IMG/VR virus record: IMGVR_UViG_3300045970_000046
Coordinates: 11,120-75,119 of that record
Origin: a virus
DNA length: 64,000 nucleotides
Reading direction: 5' to 3' (one strand)
This document shows positions 9,418 through 19,198 of this stretch, in pieces; the stretch's first letter is position 1, and each line of letters starts with the position of its first letter. The notes under the pieces were generated by a model that made no database searches, was not told where the DNA came from, and saw only the letters and a program-made list of their open reading frames with translations. A program made the position numbers and the translations under genes.

Positions 9418-10277
9418 TGGATAACGAACGTTCTAGGACACGGGAGCACGGTGAAATGCGCGCGGTAGTCGTTCTTTCTGGTGGACAGGATTCTACAACG
9501 TGCCTTTTCTGGGCGTTAGAAAATGGGATCGATAAGGTCTACCCTGTAACCTTCGACTATAACCAACGGCATAGCCGAGAGATCGACTCAGCGCGTACAA
9601 TTGTTGATCTCGCTCGTAGGTGGTACGGCTACAATAGGGTTATGGAACATGAAGTTGTAACTCTCGGTCCTGTCCTGAAGGGAGCGTCACCCCTTGTTTC
9701 TCAGAGTAATCTCGAGCAGTACAAAGATCCAGACTCTCTACCGGGTGGACTCGAAAAGACATTCGTTCCAATGCGTAACCAGTTATTCCTCACGTTGGCA
9801 GCCAATCGTGCTGCGGTACATGGCTGTGAGGCATTGGTTACTGGCGTATGTGAAGAGGATTATGGCGGTTATCCCGACTGTCGACAAACGTTTATCCATG
9901 CACTGCAGCATGCATGCAACTTGGGTACGTTCACTGGAGAAGACGGTGCACCACAGTCACTCGCCATTCTTACGCCGCTGATGAAACTCTCTAAGGCAGC
10001 TACCGTAGCCTTAGCTATGAATCTGAACGGGTGTTACGCAGCCTTAGCCTATAGCCACACCTCGTACGATGGTCAGTATCCCCCTACAGGTCACGACCAC
10101 GCAACCCTACTCCGTGAAAAGGGTTTCCGTGACGCTAATGTACCCGATCCTCTTGTCCTGCGGGCATATCTCGAAGGTTTGATGGACCTTCCGGAGTGGT
10201 ATAGGAAGATCGCTAACCTACGGAATTTCTTCGCTATGGCAAACCTTGACTACACTACTGTAGCGGAGAAACTCTAA
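9417..10277 (+). CDS. queC: 7-cyano-7-deazaguanine synthase, variant without Zn cysteines
   Basis: SGGQDS PP-loop, YNQRH, TFVPMRN, YPDCR. Confidence 0.93.
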   Translation: MDNERSRTREHGEMRAVVVLSGGQDSTTCLFWALENGIDKVYPVTFDYNQRHSREIDSARTIVDLARRWYGYNRVMEHEVVTLGPVLKGASPLVSQSNLEQYKDPDSLPGGLEKTFVPMRNQLFLTLAANRAAVHGCEALVTGVCEEDYGGYPDCRQTFIHALQHACNLGTFTGEDGAPQSLAILTPLMKLSKAATVALAMNLNGCYAALAYSHTSYDGQYPPTGHDHATLLREKGFRDANVPDPLVLRAYLEGLMDLPEWYRKIANLRNFFAMANLDYTTVAEKL

Positions 10278-10726
10278 TGGAGCCGACGTTCGTTTACGGT
10301 GGTTATCATACGGCTACGAGGTACCATGACATTTCGTGCGGACACAGAGTCGTCGGCCATGAAGGCAAGTGCCGGTTCCTACATGGTCATAATTATCGCG
10401 TGCATTTTACTTGCCGCGCTAGAAATCTGGACAGCGTTGGCCGGGTAGTAGACTTCGGTGTTATCAAAGAAGCCTTATGCATGTGGCTAGAGGTGCATTG
10501 GGACCATAAGATGTTACTATGGGACCAAGACCAAATGTGTGCTGCGTTCGAAGTTGAGGATGTAGACTATGTTCCGGTACCGTTTAATCCAACCGCCGAG
10601 AATATGGCCGAGTATTTAGTTCGGAACGTAGCACCCGCGCAGCTTGGCGACCTAGATGTAGAATGCTTCCGCGTTACTATCGAAGAAACCTCTAAGTGCT
10701 CCGCTACCTACGAGATTCAAAAATGA
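10277..10726 (+). CDS. queD: 6-carboxytetrahydropterin synthase
   Basis: C..LHGHNY, VDFG, DHK, NPTAEN, EET. Confidence 0.93.
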   Translation: MEPTFVYGGYHTATRYHDISCGHRVVGHEGKCRFLHGHNYRVHFTCRARNLDSVGRVVDFGVIKEALCMWLEVHWDHKMLLWDQDQMCAAFEVEDVDYVPVPFNPTAENMAEYLVRNVAPAQLGDLDVECFRVTIEETSKCSATYEIQK

Positions 10727-11604
10727 TCCGGAAGATTACCAACAGCGAAGTAAATCAATTTGCCTTTATGACGGCTGTAGACATTGGCCTTAATCATACA
10801 GCCCCAAAGGTCTACCCTATTCCTCGTGGTGGTATTCCGGCAGCCTATGCGGTTAAGACGCATATGTCAGGTATGACGGTTGTAGATAGTCCTGAAGAGG
10901 CCACTATCTTTATCGACGACCTTATCGACTCTGGGGCTACGCAGGATAAGTACGCCGCGCAGTATCCGGGTAAGCCATTCTACGCATTACTAGATAAACG
11001 AACACCGTCATGGAAGCAGGTGTGGATTGTCTGGCCTTGGGAAGAGACGGCTGAGTCTTCAATTGAGGATAATATTCTCCGACTACTTGAGTATGTTGGA
11101 GAGGACGTTAGTCGTGAAGGTCTTAAGGAGACTCCTAAACGTGTTGCTAAGGCGTGGAGGGAGTGGTGCTCTGGTTACTTCCAGAAGCCGGAAGATATCT
11201 TAAAAACCTTTATCGACGGAGCTGATGGTTGTGACGAGATGGTAATTCAGAAGGACATTCCCTTCTACTCGCACTGTGAACACCATCTAGCTCCGTTCTT
11301 CGGAACCGTAACTATCGCCTATATCCCGAGCGGTAAGATCGTAGGTCTGTCTAAGCTGGCTAGGTTGTCTGACATCTACGCCAAGCGGTTACAGGTTCAG
11401 GAACGGTATACCAATCAGATCGCCAACGCCCTAATGGATAATCTACAGCCTAAGGGTGTCGGAGTAGTCGTTAGGGCGCGCCACCTCTGCATCGAGTCCC
11501 GAGGTGTGGACAAGCAGGGTCACTACACAGTCACCAGTGCGTTACGCGGAGTAATGCGTAGCCTTCCGGAGGCTAGGGCCGAGTTTCTCTCCCTAGCGAG
11601 ATAG
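10723..11604 (+). CDS. folE: type I phosphoribosyltransferase - GTP cyclohydrolase I fusion
   Basis: N-terminal IPRGG, IDDLIDSGAT, WIVWPWE; C-terminal REGLKETPKRV, CEHH, GLSKL, RLQVQE, HLC..RG. Confidence 0.92.
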   Translation: MIRKITNSEVNQFAFMTAVDIGLNHTAPKVYPIPRGGIPAAYAVKTHMSGMTVVDSPEEATIFIDDLIDSGATQDKYAAQYPGKPFYALLDKRTPSWKQVWIVWPWEETAESSIEDNILRLLEYVGEDVSREGLKETPKRVAKAWREWCSGYFQKPEDILKTFIDGADGCDEMVIQKDIPFYSHCEHHLAPFFGTVTIAYIPSGKIVGLSKLARLSDIYAKRLQVQERYTNQIANALMDNLQPKGVGVVVRARHLCIESRGVDKQGHYTVTSALRGVMRSLPEARAEFLSLAR

Positions 11605-12611
11605 TGCGCCTATTCCTAGCTGCTTGTTATACTTCGAACTTCGGTAAAGTCGGTACGATTTATTCGAAGCTTACGGACGGTGAGAAGTATCACCGTGACA
11701 TCTATAAGAATATCCTCGAGTCGTATCACTATATCCACAAAGAGAGTTACGTCGAAAAGATTAAGACCGATAAGCAAACCGTGTTCCTAGACTCTGGTGC
11801 GTTCTCCGCCTTTACTAAGGGTGTCGAGATCGATATACCTGAGTATTGCGACTATGTAAAACGGAACAAGGATATTATCGAGGAGGTACCTGTAGACTTT
11901 CACGGGTGGAAGGGTAATGTTCAGCTCTTCTCCGTACTCGACTGTATTGGTGACAAAGAGAAGGGTGCCGGTACTCTCCGTAATCAACAGAAGATGGAGA
12001 AGCTCGGAGTATTCCCCCTACCCTGCTTCCACTACGGAGAAGATGAAAAGTATCTAGAACATTATATTAGAAACTATCCGTATATCACGTTAGGAGGTAT
12101 GGTTCCTATCACAACTAAACAGCTCTATCACTGGCTGGATAGGATGTGGGATAAGTACCTTACAGATGAGAACGGCGTTCCGAAGGTCAAGGTGCATGGG
12201 TTCGGCTTAACAACACTAGAACTAATGACGAGGTACCCTTGGTACTCCGTGGACTCGTCGTCGTGGGTACAGATAGCGGTTCACGGTAACATACTGATCC
12301 CCGACGGTCACCTAGACGGTGTACAGATTAACCCCAACGAGATCCACACACCCGGCGACAAAATTCTCGCGATATCGTCGGATAGTCCCCGCACCAAAGA
12401 ACAATGGGCACATTACGATACCTTACCCGAACAGATGCAACAGGCTGTTCTTAAGTGTATCAATAAGACTGGTTTCGAAGTTAACAGACTACGGACCAGT
12501 GCTTATTCCAGATGGGCGTGGAACTTCTTCGCCTTTAGAGAAATCGAAAAGCGGGTTAACGCTCACGATACTATTCATTTTAAACCCGAACAGAGATTAC
12601 TTTTCGGATGA
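11604..12611 (+). CDS. dpdA: DNA 7-deazaguanine transglycosylase (TGT fold)
   Basis: FLDSGAFS, LD.IG, P.FH.GE, LGG, HGFG, SVDSSSW; located in the que cluster. Confidence 0.85.
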   Translation: MRLFLAACYTSNFGKVGTIYSKLTDGEKYHRDIYKNILESYHYIHKESYVEKIKTDKQTVFLDSGAFSAFTKGVEIDIPEYCDYVKRNKDIIEEVPVDFHGWKGNVQLFSVLDCIGDKEKGAGTLRNQQKMEKLGVFPLPCFHYGEDEKYLEHYIRNYPYITLGGMVPITTKQLYHWLDRMWDKYLTDENGVPKVKVHGFGLTTLELMTRYPWYSVDSSSWVQIAVHGNILIPDGHLDGVQINPNEIHTPGDKILAISSDSPRTKEQWAHYDTLPEQMQQAVLKCINKTGFEVNRLRTSAYSRWAWNFFAFREIEKRVNAHDTIHFKPEQRLLFG

Positions 12612-13132
12612 TATCTTGGGACTACGAAGGTTCTGAAGGTATAGGTCCTGGTCAACAGGCTTTTTGTGCTATTCCATACTGTACACGGGCAACCGAACAG
12701 CGTGGTTTATGTAACTCATGCTTTCAGGCGTGGTACCGCTATGGAATGATTGGTTTGGAAAGACGGGCTCGTCGTGTAGAGTTAGGCCTCGGTACCCGAA
12801 TTATCGTTCCACTACAATTAGAGCCAGCCTTAGAGTTACTAACATCGACGTATGAAAAACTACTAGAATCTGAAGAAAACGATAGTGAATACCAGAAGAT
12901 AAGACAGTGCCTTATCAGGATATGTAAGGCAATTGGGACCATAGAACTTCGTAAAGAATATCGTCGCCAACAGAACCGTCGTAAACTTGAATATATCGCA
13001 CGTTATGGTCGAAAGGCATGGTTAAAGAAACAGAGTGATAGTCAACTAGCCTATAGGCAACGTAAGATAGCTAAGGGTTGGAAAAGAACAACAGTCGACG
13101 GTCGTCAAACTTGGATAAAAGCTAATGAATAA
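12608..13132 (+). CDS. hypothetical basic protein with a Cys cluster
   Basis: ATGA overlap; C..P.C...GLC..C. Confidence 0.6.
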   Translation: MISWDYEGSEGIGPGQQAFCAIPYCTRATEQRGLCNSCFQAWYRYGMIGLERRARRVELGLGTRIIVPLQLEPALELLTSTYEKLLESEENDSEYQKIRQCLIRICKAIGTIELRKEYRRQQNRRKLEYIARYGRKAWLKKQSDSQLAYRQRKIAKGWKRTTVDGRQTWIKANE

Positions 13133-13586
13133 CGATAGGCCTACATACTATTCTCGTAATCGAGAAAGATTACTAAAACAACAAAAAGAACACTACCATA
13201 GTGAGCAGGGTCAAGCCGTAAGAAAGGCTTATGTATCTAGTGATGACTTTAGGAAAAAAGACTCAGCTTACCATAAACTTTATCTGAAGACACCAAAAGG
13301 TAAGCTAATCGCTTATAAACGTGGGGCTAAATCTAGAGAACTTAGTTTTCTATTGACAGTAGAACAATTTAATAATCTGATAAGCCAGTCTTGCCATTAC
13401 TGCGGTGGAGAGGGAGGTGGAATCGATAGATTACATAGACATTTAGGCTATGAACTACGGAATTGTGTTCCAGCATGCTATAGATGTAATTTAAGTAAGC
13501 ATACAATGAACGAACAAGAATTTATGGAATGGATTACAAGAGTATATACACATATGGTAAGTAGTGGTAAGGTAAGGGTAGGTTAA
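13125..13586 (+). CDS. HNH homing endonuclease
   Basis: CHYCG..GIDR...GY...NCVPAC..CN..K; AT-rich. Confidence 0.85.
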   Translation: MNNDRPTYYSRNRERLLKQQKEHYHSEQGQAVRKAYVSSDDFRKKDSAYHKLYLKTPKGKLIAYKRGAKSRELSFLLTVEQFNNLISQSCHYCGGEGGGIDRLHRHLGYELRNCVPACYRCNLSKHTMNEQEFMEWITRVYTHMVSSGKVRVG

Positions 13587-13592
13587 TACTGT

Positions 13593-14588
13593 ATGAATTT
13601 AGAGGCCCTTACCTTTGCCCAAGGTGGCGTATCACGCAAAGATTTTGTTCCCTCTTTGCAGTTCTTTAACATAGCTGATGGCCGTATTCTTGGATTTAAC
13701 GGTAATATCGCAATGAGTAGCCCTATCGACGTAGGGATCTCTTGTAATCCAAAAGCCATCCAGTTCATTAAAGCTATTAAGACTTGTCGCGACCCTCAAG
13801 TTTCTATCTGGGTAACCGCGGGTAATCGCCTCGCTATTAAGAGTGGTGGGTTCACAGGATTTGTGGACTGTATCGAAGAACACGACTTTCCCGGTATCAA
13901 ACCCGAAGGTCAGATAATCGATTTACCTACTGACGAGAACGGTCAGGGTACGTTACTTAAATCTCTTGCTATACTAGCCCCCTTTATCGCAGCAGATGCT
14001 TCACGTTCATGGGCCCGTGGTATTCTATTTCGTGGTCGCTCTGCGTACGCGACCAACAATATTATCTTAATCGAACGCTGGTTAGATGTACCCTTCCCGG
14101 TCGAGATTAACATACCGGAAGATACGGTCTACGAATTACTCCGTATCCGTGAAGAGCCGATCAAGTTACAAATTTGTGAGAACTCGGCTACATTCCACTA
14201 TAGGAACGATAGGTGGCTGCGGACCTGTCTGTACGCTACATCTTGGCCTAACCTAACACCTATTCTGGATAAACCCTGTAATCCGACACCGATACCGTCT
14301 GGTATGCCGTATGCACTAGACGACCTTACAATCTTTACCGATGATCTACAACGTATTTACTTTCAGAAGAACAAGATGTCCACAAAGCCGGTCGTAACTG
14401 ATACGGGGGCCTTTTTCGAAGTTGAAGGTACACCTGACACCGGTTGCTACAATCTTTCTCAGTTGAAGTTACTAATGCAAGTTGCCCATACCGTAGATTG
14501 GACGTTATTCCCTGACTCTCCTTGCTTATTCTTTGGTGACCAACTTAGAGGCGCAATCGTTGGAATGCGTGAAGCTAATGAGCTGTAA
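13593..14588 (+). CDS. phage-encoded beta sliding clamp-like protein
   Basis: 331 aa; repeated clamp-like units (GILFRG..AYATN, P.LFFG..LRG.IVGMR), upstream of the polymerase. Confidence 0.75.
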   Translation: MNLEALTFAQGGVSRKDFVPSLQFFNIADGRILGFNGNIAMSSPIDVGISCNPKAIQFIKAIKTCRDPQVSIWVTAGNRLAIKSGGFTGFVDCIEEHDFPGIKPEGQIIDLPTDENGQGTLLKSLAILAPFIAADASRSWARGILFRGRSAYATNNIILIERWLDVPFPVEINIPEDTVYELLRIREEPIKLQICENSATFHYRNDRWLRTCLYATSWPNLTPILDKPCNPTPIPSGMPYALDDLTIFTDDLQRIYFQKNKMSTKPVVTDTGAFFEVEGTPDTGCYNLSQLKLLMQVAHTVDWTLFPDSPCLFFGDQLRGAIVGMREANEL

Positions 14589-14668
14589 ATTCGGGCATAT
14601 AAGCGGAAAAGCCCAGAATGGCGTACAATGGTGGAATGGTTAGACCTCAAACACAAGTTAGGAATCTA

Positions 14669-14893
14669 ATGATTAACGTTAATGATGCACAGCCACCGCC
14701 TACTGGAACAGGTAAGCCTGTCTGGCCTATTGTCGTAGCCGATATGATCGAACGTAATCAAATCGGTACGAAGAAGTACGGTACTCCACTCCGAGCCTAT
14801 AATGGTCGAGACGCACTTATGGACGCCTATCAGGAAGCCTTAGATCTTGTTGTGTATCTCCGGCAGTCTATTTATGAGAGGGATGGAAAGTGA
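14669..14893 (+). CDS. MazG-fold (d)NTP pyrophosphohydrolase-like protein
   Basis: R...G.KKYG..L...NGRD.L.DAYQE.LD..VY. Confidence 0.65.
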   Translation: MINVNDAQPPPTGTGKPVWPIVVADMIERNQIGTKKYGTPLRAYNGRDALMDAYQEALDLVVYLRQSIYERDGK

Positions 14894-15210
14894 GCACACT
14901 TAACGAGCTAGCTACAGCTATTAGGACCAACGCTATCAAGAAGGGGTTCTGGGACAAGGACCGTAACTTCGGTGAGATGATTGCACTAATTCACAGTGAG
15001 GCCTCGGAAGCCCTCGAGGAACACCGTGCCGGTAAGCCGGCACTATACGTAGGTGATCATGGTAAGCCTGAAGGTTGGGCTATCGAGATTATCGACGTTA
15101 TGATTCGGTGTTTAGACACGATTGGTCCTGGTCACGACATCGACACCCTAATGCGGGCTAAGATGGAGTACAATGCCACTCGACCCAAGATGCACGGTAA
15201 AGCCTACTAA
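14890..15210 (+). CDS. MazG-like nucleotide pyrophosphohydrolase
   Basis: LIHSE.SEALE, EIIDV.IR, KM.YN..R...HGK. Confidence 0.85.
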   Translation: MSTLNELATAIRTNAIKKGFWDKDRNFGEMIALIHSEASEALEEHRAGKPALYVGDHGKPEGWAIEIIDVMIRCLDTIGPGHDIDTLMRAKMEYNATRPKMHGKAY

Positions 15211-15381
15211 TCGTAAGAAGCTCTATGTAGCCCATATCGGCTACACTATACCAGACCATATCTTATACATTGGGGCTTACTCTAGAAAACAGGCTTGGGT
15301 CTTAGCCCCTAAGTATAGTTCTAATATGAACGTATTTTCGATTGAAGAAAAAGGCCCTCTGGTAGAACCATAGGAGTATCT

Positions 15382-17493
15382 TTGTCCCGTTTCGATAGCA
15401 TTGGGATGTTCTGGGAAGATGTTCGTGTCCGTAAACGTGGAGAAAGGGCCCCAAGACAGCTAGCAGAGATTCCTACAACGAACTGGAAGCATCCCACCGA
15501 ATTTCCCAATCTATCGGCAGCGCCTGCTATTTCGTTTGACTTGGAGACTTATGACCCGGAGCTACAAGATCATGGGCCCGGATGGGGTAGAGGAAGAGGT
15601 CACATCGTCGGGTTTTCTGTCGCTGTCGAAGGTGGACATCGATGGTACTACCCTATTCGACACACAGTTAGGCCGGAAGAAAATCACCCAAATCCAGAAG
15701 GATGCCTCCTCTGGTTACGAGATACACTCGGTCGCGCGTCTCAACCGAAGATTGGGGCGAACCTTCTCTACGACGTTGGTTGGTGCCGTCAAGAGGGTAT
15801 TGAGGTCGCTGGTGACCTTGTGGACATCCAATTTGGGGAAGCGCTCTTAGACGATAGGGCCCGCGTTAACTTAGATGCGATGGCGGGTAAGTGGCTCGGT
15901 GAGTCTAAGCAGACCGATCTACTTAAGAAGTGGATCATGGACTCGTACGCACCACCTAAGGACGAGTGGCGTGGTTGTATCCACAAATCGCCACCGTCGT
16001 TGACTGGTCCTTACGGCGAAATGGACGCTGATCTACCCCTACGGATTGCACCTAAGCTTTACGACGCCCTCTGGCGCCACGGTCTGATTAATCTCTTTAG
16101 GATTGAATGTGGTCTAATTCGTATCCTAGTTGAGATGAGGTTCCGTGGTGTCTCGGTAGATGTAAACAAGGCCCAGGAGCTAAACGATAAACTCGGTATT
16201 CGTATCTTGGATGAAACCGCACAGTTACGCGAAGCTACAGGTGTTGATGTCAACGTAAATGCTTCGGCTAGTATAGCTAAGGTCTTTGATAAGTTAGGTC
16301 TTAAGTATCCTAGAACAGCATCTTCGAAACAACACCCGAAGGGTCAACCAAGCTTCCGTAAAGAGTTCTTAGAAACAGTAGACCATCCGTCTATTGCCCT
16401 GATCCGTAACATCCGCCGTCTACATAAACTCAAAGATACTTTCATCGAGGGGTACATACTCAATGGACACGTCAACGGTAAGCTTTATTGTTCATTTCAT
16501 CCTCTCCGAGGAGAGGGTGGAGGTACTATCGTTGGACGGTTCTCGTCCTCCGACCCTAATCTGCAAAATATCCCAATTAGGGATAAAGAACTTGGTAAAC
16601 CGATACGTTCGATCTTTAAACCGGACGAAGGTCACAAGCAGTGGCGCAAATACGACTACTCGCAATTCCAGTTTAGGGCGCTCGTCCACTACGCCCAAGG
16701 CCCGGGGGCGGAAGAAGCGCGGATGAAGTATCGTAACGATCCCACAACCGACTATCACAACATGGTTAAGGCGACAGTCGACGCCATGACCGGTCAGACG
16801 TGGGATCGTAGACCTATCAAGAATCTTAACTTCGGTCTAGCCTTCGGAATGGGTAACGAGAAGGCTGGTCGTTCGACAGGCCTATCAGGTAAGAAGCTTG
16901 TAGAGTTTATTGCCGCGTACCACAAAGCTGTTCCATTCTCTAAACAGACAATGCGTTGGGTCATGGAACTAGCTGAAACCGATGGAATGGTTCCAACCAT
17001 CTTAGGTCGCCAGGCTAAATATGACTTATGGGAGAAAGATGTACCGTGGGGTCAAGGAGAAGAGCTTAATCCCAAGACAGGGAAGCCTTATCCTCCTCTA
17101 CCTTACGATTTGGCTATTCGCTCTTATGGGCGCGTTCGCCGAGCTTATCTTCACACGGCCCTAGCCAAACTACTCCAGGGTACGGAAGGAGATACAATTA
17201 AGTCGGCTATGTATAAGTGCTGGACAGAAGGTGTCTACGCCTATACGGGTGTCCCACGACTAATTGTACACGACGAAGAAGACTTCTCCGACCCGGGCGA
17301 CATTCCAGAAGATGCTTGGTCTCATATGAGGCATATCATGGAAACAGCCCTACCGTTGAAAGTTCCCGTGATGTGTGGGTGTGACATCGGACCTAACTGG
17401 GGTACGACCAAAGAAACGTGCCATACCTGTGGCCACTTCTTAGCGGACGGTGAAGAATTCTTCTGTGTGAACTGTAAACCCACGAAACAGTAA
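15382..17493 (+). CDS. family A DNA polymerase with 3'-5' exonuclease
   Basis: DLET/NLLYD/Y..D exonuclease motifs, GRFSS.DPNLQNIP, DYSQ, K..NFG, VHDE; AGGAG RBS with TTG start. Confidence 0.95.
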   Translation: MSRFDSIGMFWEDVRVRKRGERAPRQLAEIPTTNWKHPTEFPNLSAAPAISFDLETYDPELQDHGPGWGRGRGHIVGFSVAVEGGHRWYYPIRHTVRPEENHPNPEGCLLWLRDTLGRASQPKIGANLLYDVGWCRQEGIEVAGDLVDIQFGEALLDDRARVNLDAMAGKWLGESKQTDLLKKWIMDSYAPPKDEWRGCIHKSPPSLTGPYGEMDADLPLRIAPKLYDALWRHGLINLFRIECGLIRILVEMRFRGVSVDVNKAQELNDKLGIRILDETAQLREATGVDVNVNASASIAKVFDKLGLKYPRTASSKQHPKGQPSFRKEFLETVDHPSIALIRNIRRLHKLKDTFIEGYILNGHVNGKLYCSFHPLRGEGGGTIVGRFSSSDPNLQNIPIRDKELGKPIRSIFKPDEGHKQWRKYDYSQFQFRALVHYAQGPGAEEARMKYRNDPTTDYHNMVKATVDAMTGQTWDRRPIKNLNFGLAFGMGNEKAGRSTGLSGKKLVEFIAAYHKAVPFSKQTMRWVMELAETDGMVPTILGRQAKYDLWEKDVPWGQGEELNPKTGKPYPPLPYDLAIRSYGRVRRAYLHTALAKLLQGTEGDTIKSAMYKCWTEGVYAYTGVPRLIVHDEEDFSDPGDIPEDAWSHMRHIMETALPLKVPVMCGCDIGPNWGTTKETCHTCGHFLADGEEFFCVNCKPTKQ

Positions 17494-17536
17494 CTTAGAC
17501 ACTAAAAACACAACGCGCCGTCGTTTGCCAAACGGT

Positions 17537-17947
17537 TTAATTTAAAGCACTTGTACCAATATAGGGGGTGGATCTTTGGTGAGGTTCCCAGAAGATCCTT
17601 CCCTCAGTTGGAAGTAGGGCCATATAGGCCATAATTAGATTACGGGCTTGTACTTTCGTGCAGCATTTCAGGTATAACCAACTTGCAAGATAGCCCGAAC
17701 ATTCTTCTAGGCTGTCCCCCATGGCCACAGATACGGCGTAGGCCTCGGCTTCGGCCTGGAATCGCGCTTCAGGACTAAACAAATAGCGGAGGCGAAAACG
17801 CCATCCGCCATATTGTACTTGATCTAAATGAACCTTTTCGTGCTCTAGTACCCAACTCGGTAGACCGTCTTTCAACCATATATGATTTTTGGTTAAGAAC
17901 GTACTACCGGCCATTGGCATCCATTCTGGAAGCTTATGTAGTTTCAT
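17537..17947 (-). CDS. HExxH metallopeptidase-like protein
   Basis: LEHEKVH..Q, EAEAY; start probably MKLHK. Confidence 0.65.
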   Translation of the reverse strand: MKLHKLPEWMPMAGSTFLTKNHIWLKDGLPSWVLEHEKVHLDQVQYGGWRFRLRYLFSPEARFQAEAEAYAVSVAMGDSLEECSGYLASWLYLKCCTKVQARNLIMAYMALLPTEGRIFWEPHQRSTPYIGTSALN

Positions 17948-17963
17948 TAGGATCCCCCGACCC

Positions 17964-18464
17964 TTACCTAAGTGAACCAAGTCTATCCCCGATACGTGCA
18001 CGCCAAGTTTCTAGATCTTTAGTAATAGCTTCCAGACGCTTCAGAGTATCTTCTATAGCTACAAGGCGCGGCCCACGTTCGGCCATAATCGCATGTAATT
18101 CTTTTAGCGAAGCGTTTACGGTCTCGTAGAGAGCTCCAACACCTTCTATTTGAAATAAGGCTACTTCCAAGTTCTTCTTACTTTGAAACATCAGTGAACT
18201 ACCTAATTCCAACCTATCGGCACGTTCTACGTGTTCATGTTTAATAAAGCGCCGTGCCATAGTCCATTCGATAAAAGCTAGGACTATAAAAGTAATGGCC
18301 AAGGCGAGAATAACATCGGTATGTTCGTTTTCTCTACCTAGAAAGACGGCCCCGAAAAGAATGCTACCGGTACTACCCATGATAACAGCTACGGGACCAC
18401 CTAGAGCTAGAATCTTTAATGTACTCAGAGGTACAGCGGCTATAGCCTCTAGATTATACTTCAT
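17964..18464 (-). CDS. membrane protein (2 TM plus coiled coil), lysis region
   Basis: two hydrophobic segments, C-terminal heptads. Confidence 0.65.
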   Translation of the reverse strand: MKYNLEAIAAVPLSTLKILALGGPVAVIMGSTGSILFGAVFLGRENEHTDVILALAITFIVLAFIEWTMARRFIKHEHVERADRLELGSSLMFQSKKNLEVALFQIEGVGALYETVNASLKELHAIMAERGPRLVAIEDTLKRLEAITKDLETWRARIGDRLGSLR

Positions 18465-18859
18465 TTCTTTAGTTCCTTAACGACGGGCTTATCTTCGGGT
18501 AACGGGGCACCGATACGTGTGATTAGGATCGTAAGGGCGGTATGCGTATCCTCCGACGTTTCCTGAAGCTTTTCACTAAGTCTTTCGGTGACGGCTACCT
18601 GTTTAGCGAGTGTAACGTTAAACGCCGTAGCCTGCTTGTCCATGACATCTATACTGTAGTTGACAATACGGTAGATGCCGTACATTAGGAATAGGGCGAA
18701 AAATGTAGGAAGACCAAACCGATCTAGTGTACGATACCAGAGGGGAACGTCATTCCAACGTTTCCACTTACGCTCGTTCGGTGGCTTCGCCGCGTTAGAC
18801 AAAAGTTCATACCTTCCGGTTGTAGCCCCTTGCGGTTGCTCGTCGGCCATAGCCTTCAC
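18461..18859 (-). CDS. single-TM coiled-coil protein, holin-like
   Basis: FGLPTFFALFLMYGIY then a coiled coil. Confidence 0.55.
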   Translation of the reverse strand: MKAMADEQPQGATTGRYELLSNAAKPPNERKWKRWNDVPLWYRTLDRFGLPTFFALFLMYGIYRIVNYSIDVMDKQATAFNVTLAKQVAVTERLSEKLQETSEDTHTALTILITRIGAPLPEDKPVVKELKK

Positions 18860-18967
18860 CTCCAGGGGATCAAATTAAGTCAAAAAAAGGGGGGACTAAG
18901 ACAACCAGTATAACCTCAAGCAGCGACACCCCTAGCGTAATAAAAGATACAATTTAGAGGCTGGGTC

Positions 18968-19198
18968 TTATTTTACCGGCTCTGGGTTAACAACACTCGG
19001 TGGAGCTAACCACCATCCCCTCGAGGCCCGGATTTTACATCTCGTCCAAGAAACATCTTCAGGACCGTGGCACCAGATTTCTAAGTCGGCATCGCTAGCT
19101 ATCTGGTGGACCTGACCTTCATCCGGGAGGACGATCCTTTTCGGGCAACCCACGGATAGCAGCACCAACCCGAGCAAACCGAGCTTTTTGATCTTCAT
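18968..19198 (-). CDS. lipoprotein, o-spanin candidate
   Basis: MKIKK, hydrophobic core, LSVGC lipobox; two further Cys. Confidence 0.7.
   Translation of the reverse strand: MKIKKLGLLGLVLLSVGCPKRIVLPDEGQVHQIASDADLEIWCHGPEDVSWTRCKIRASRGWWLAPPSVVNPEPVK

Noticed and set aside
8532-12611. tRNA queuosine biosynthesis
   Set aside because: No queF or queA; the TGT-fold protein is DpdA-like
15173-15373. 66-aa ORF before the polymerase
   Set aside because: It overlaps MazG and has no clear RBS or motif; not enough support
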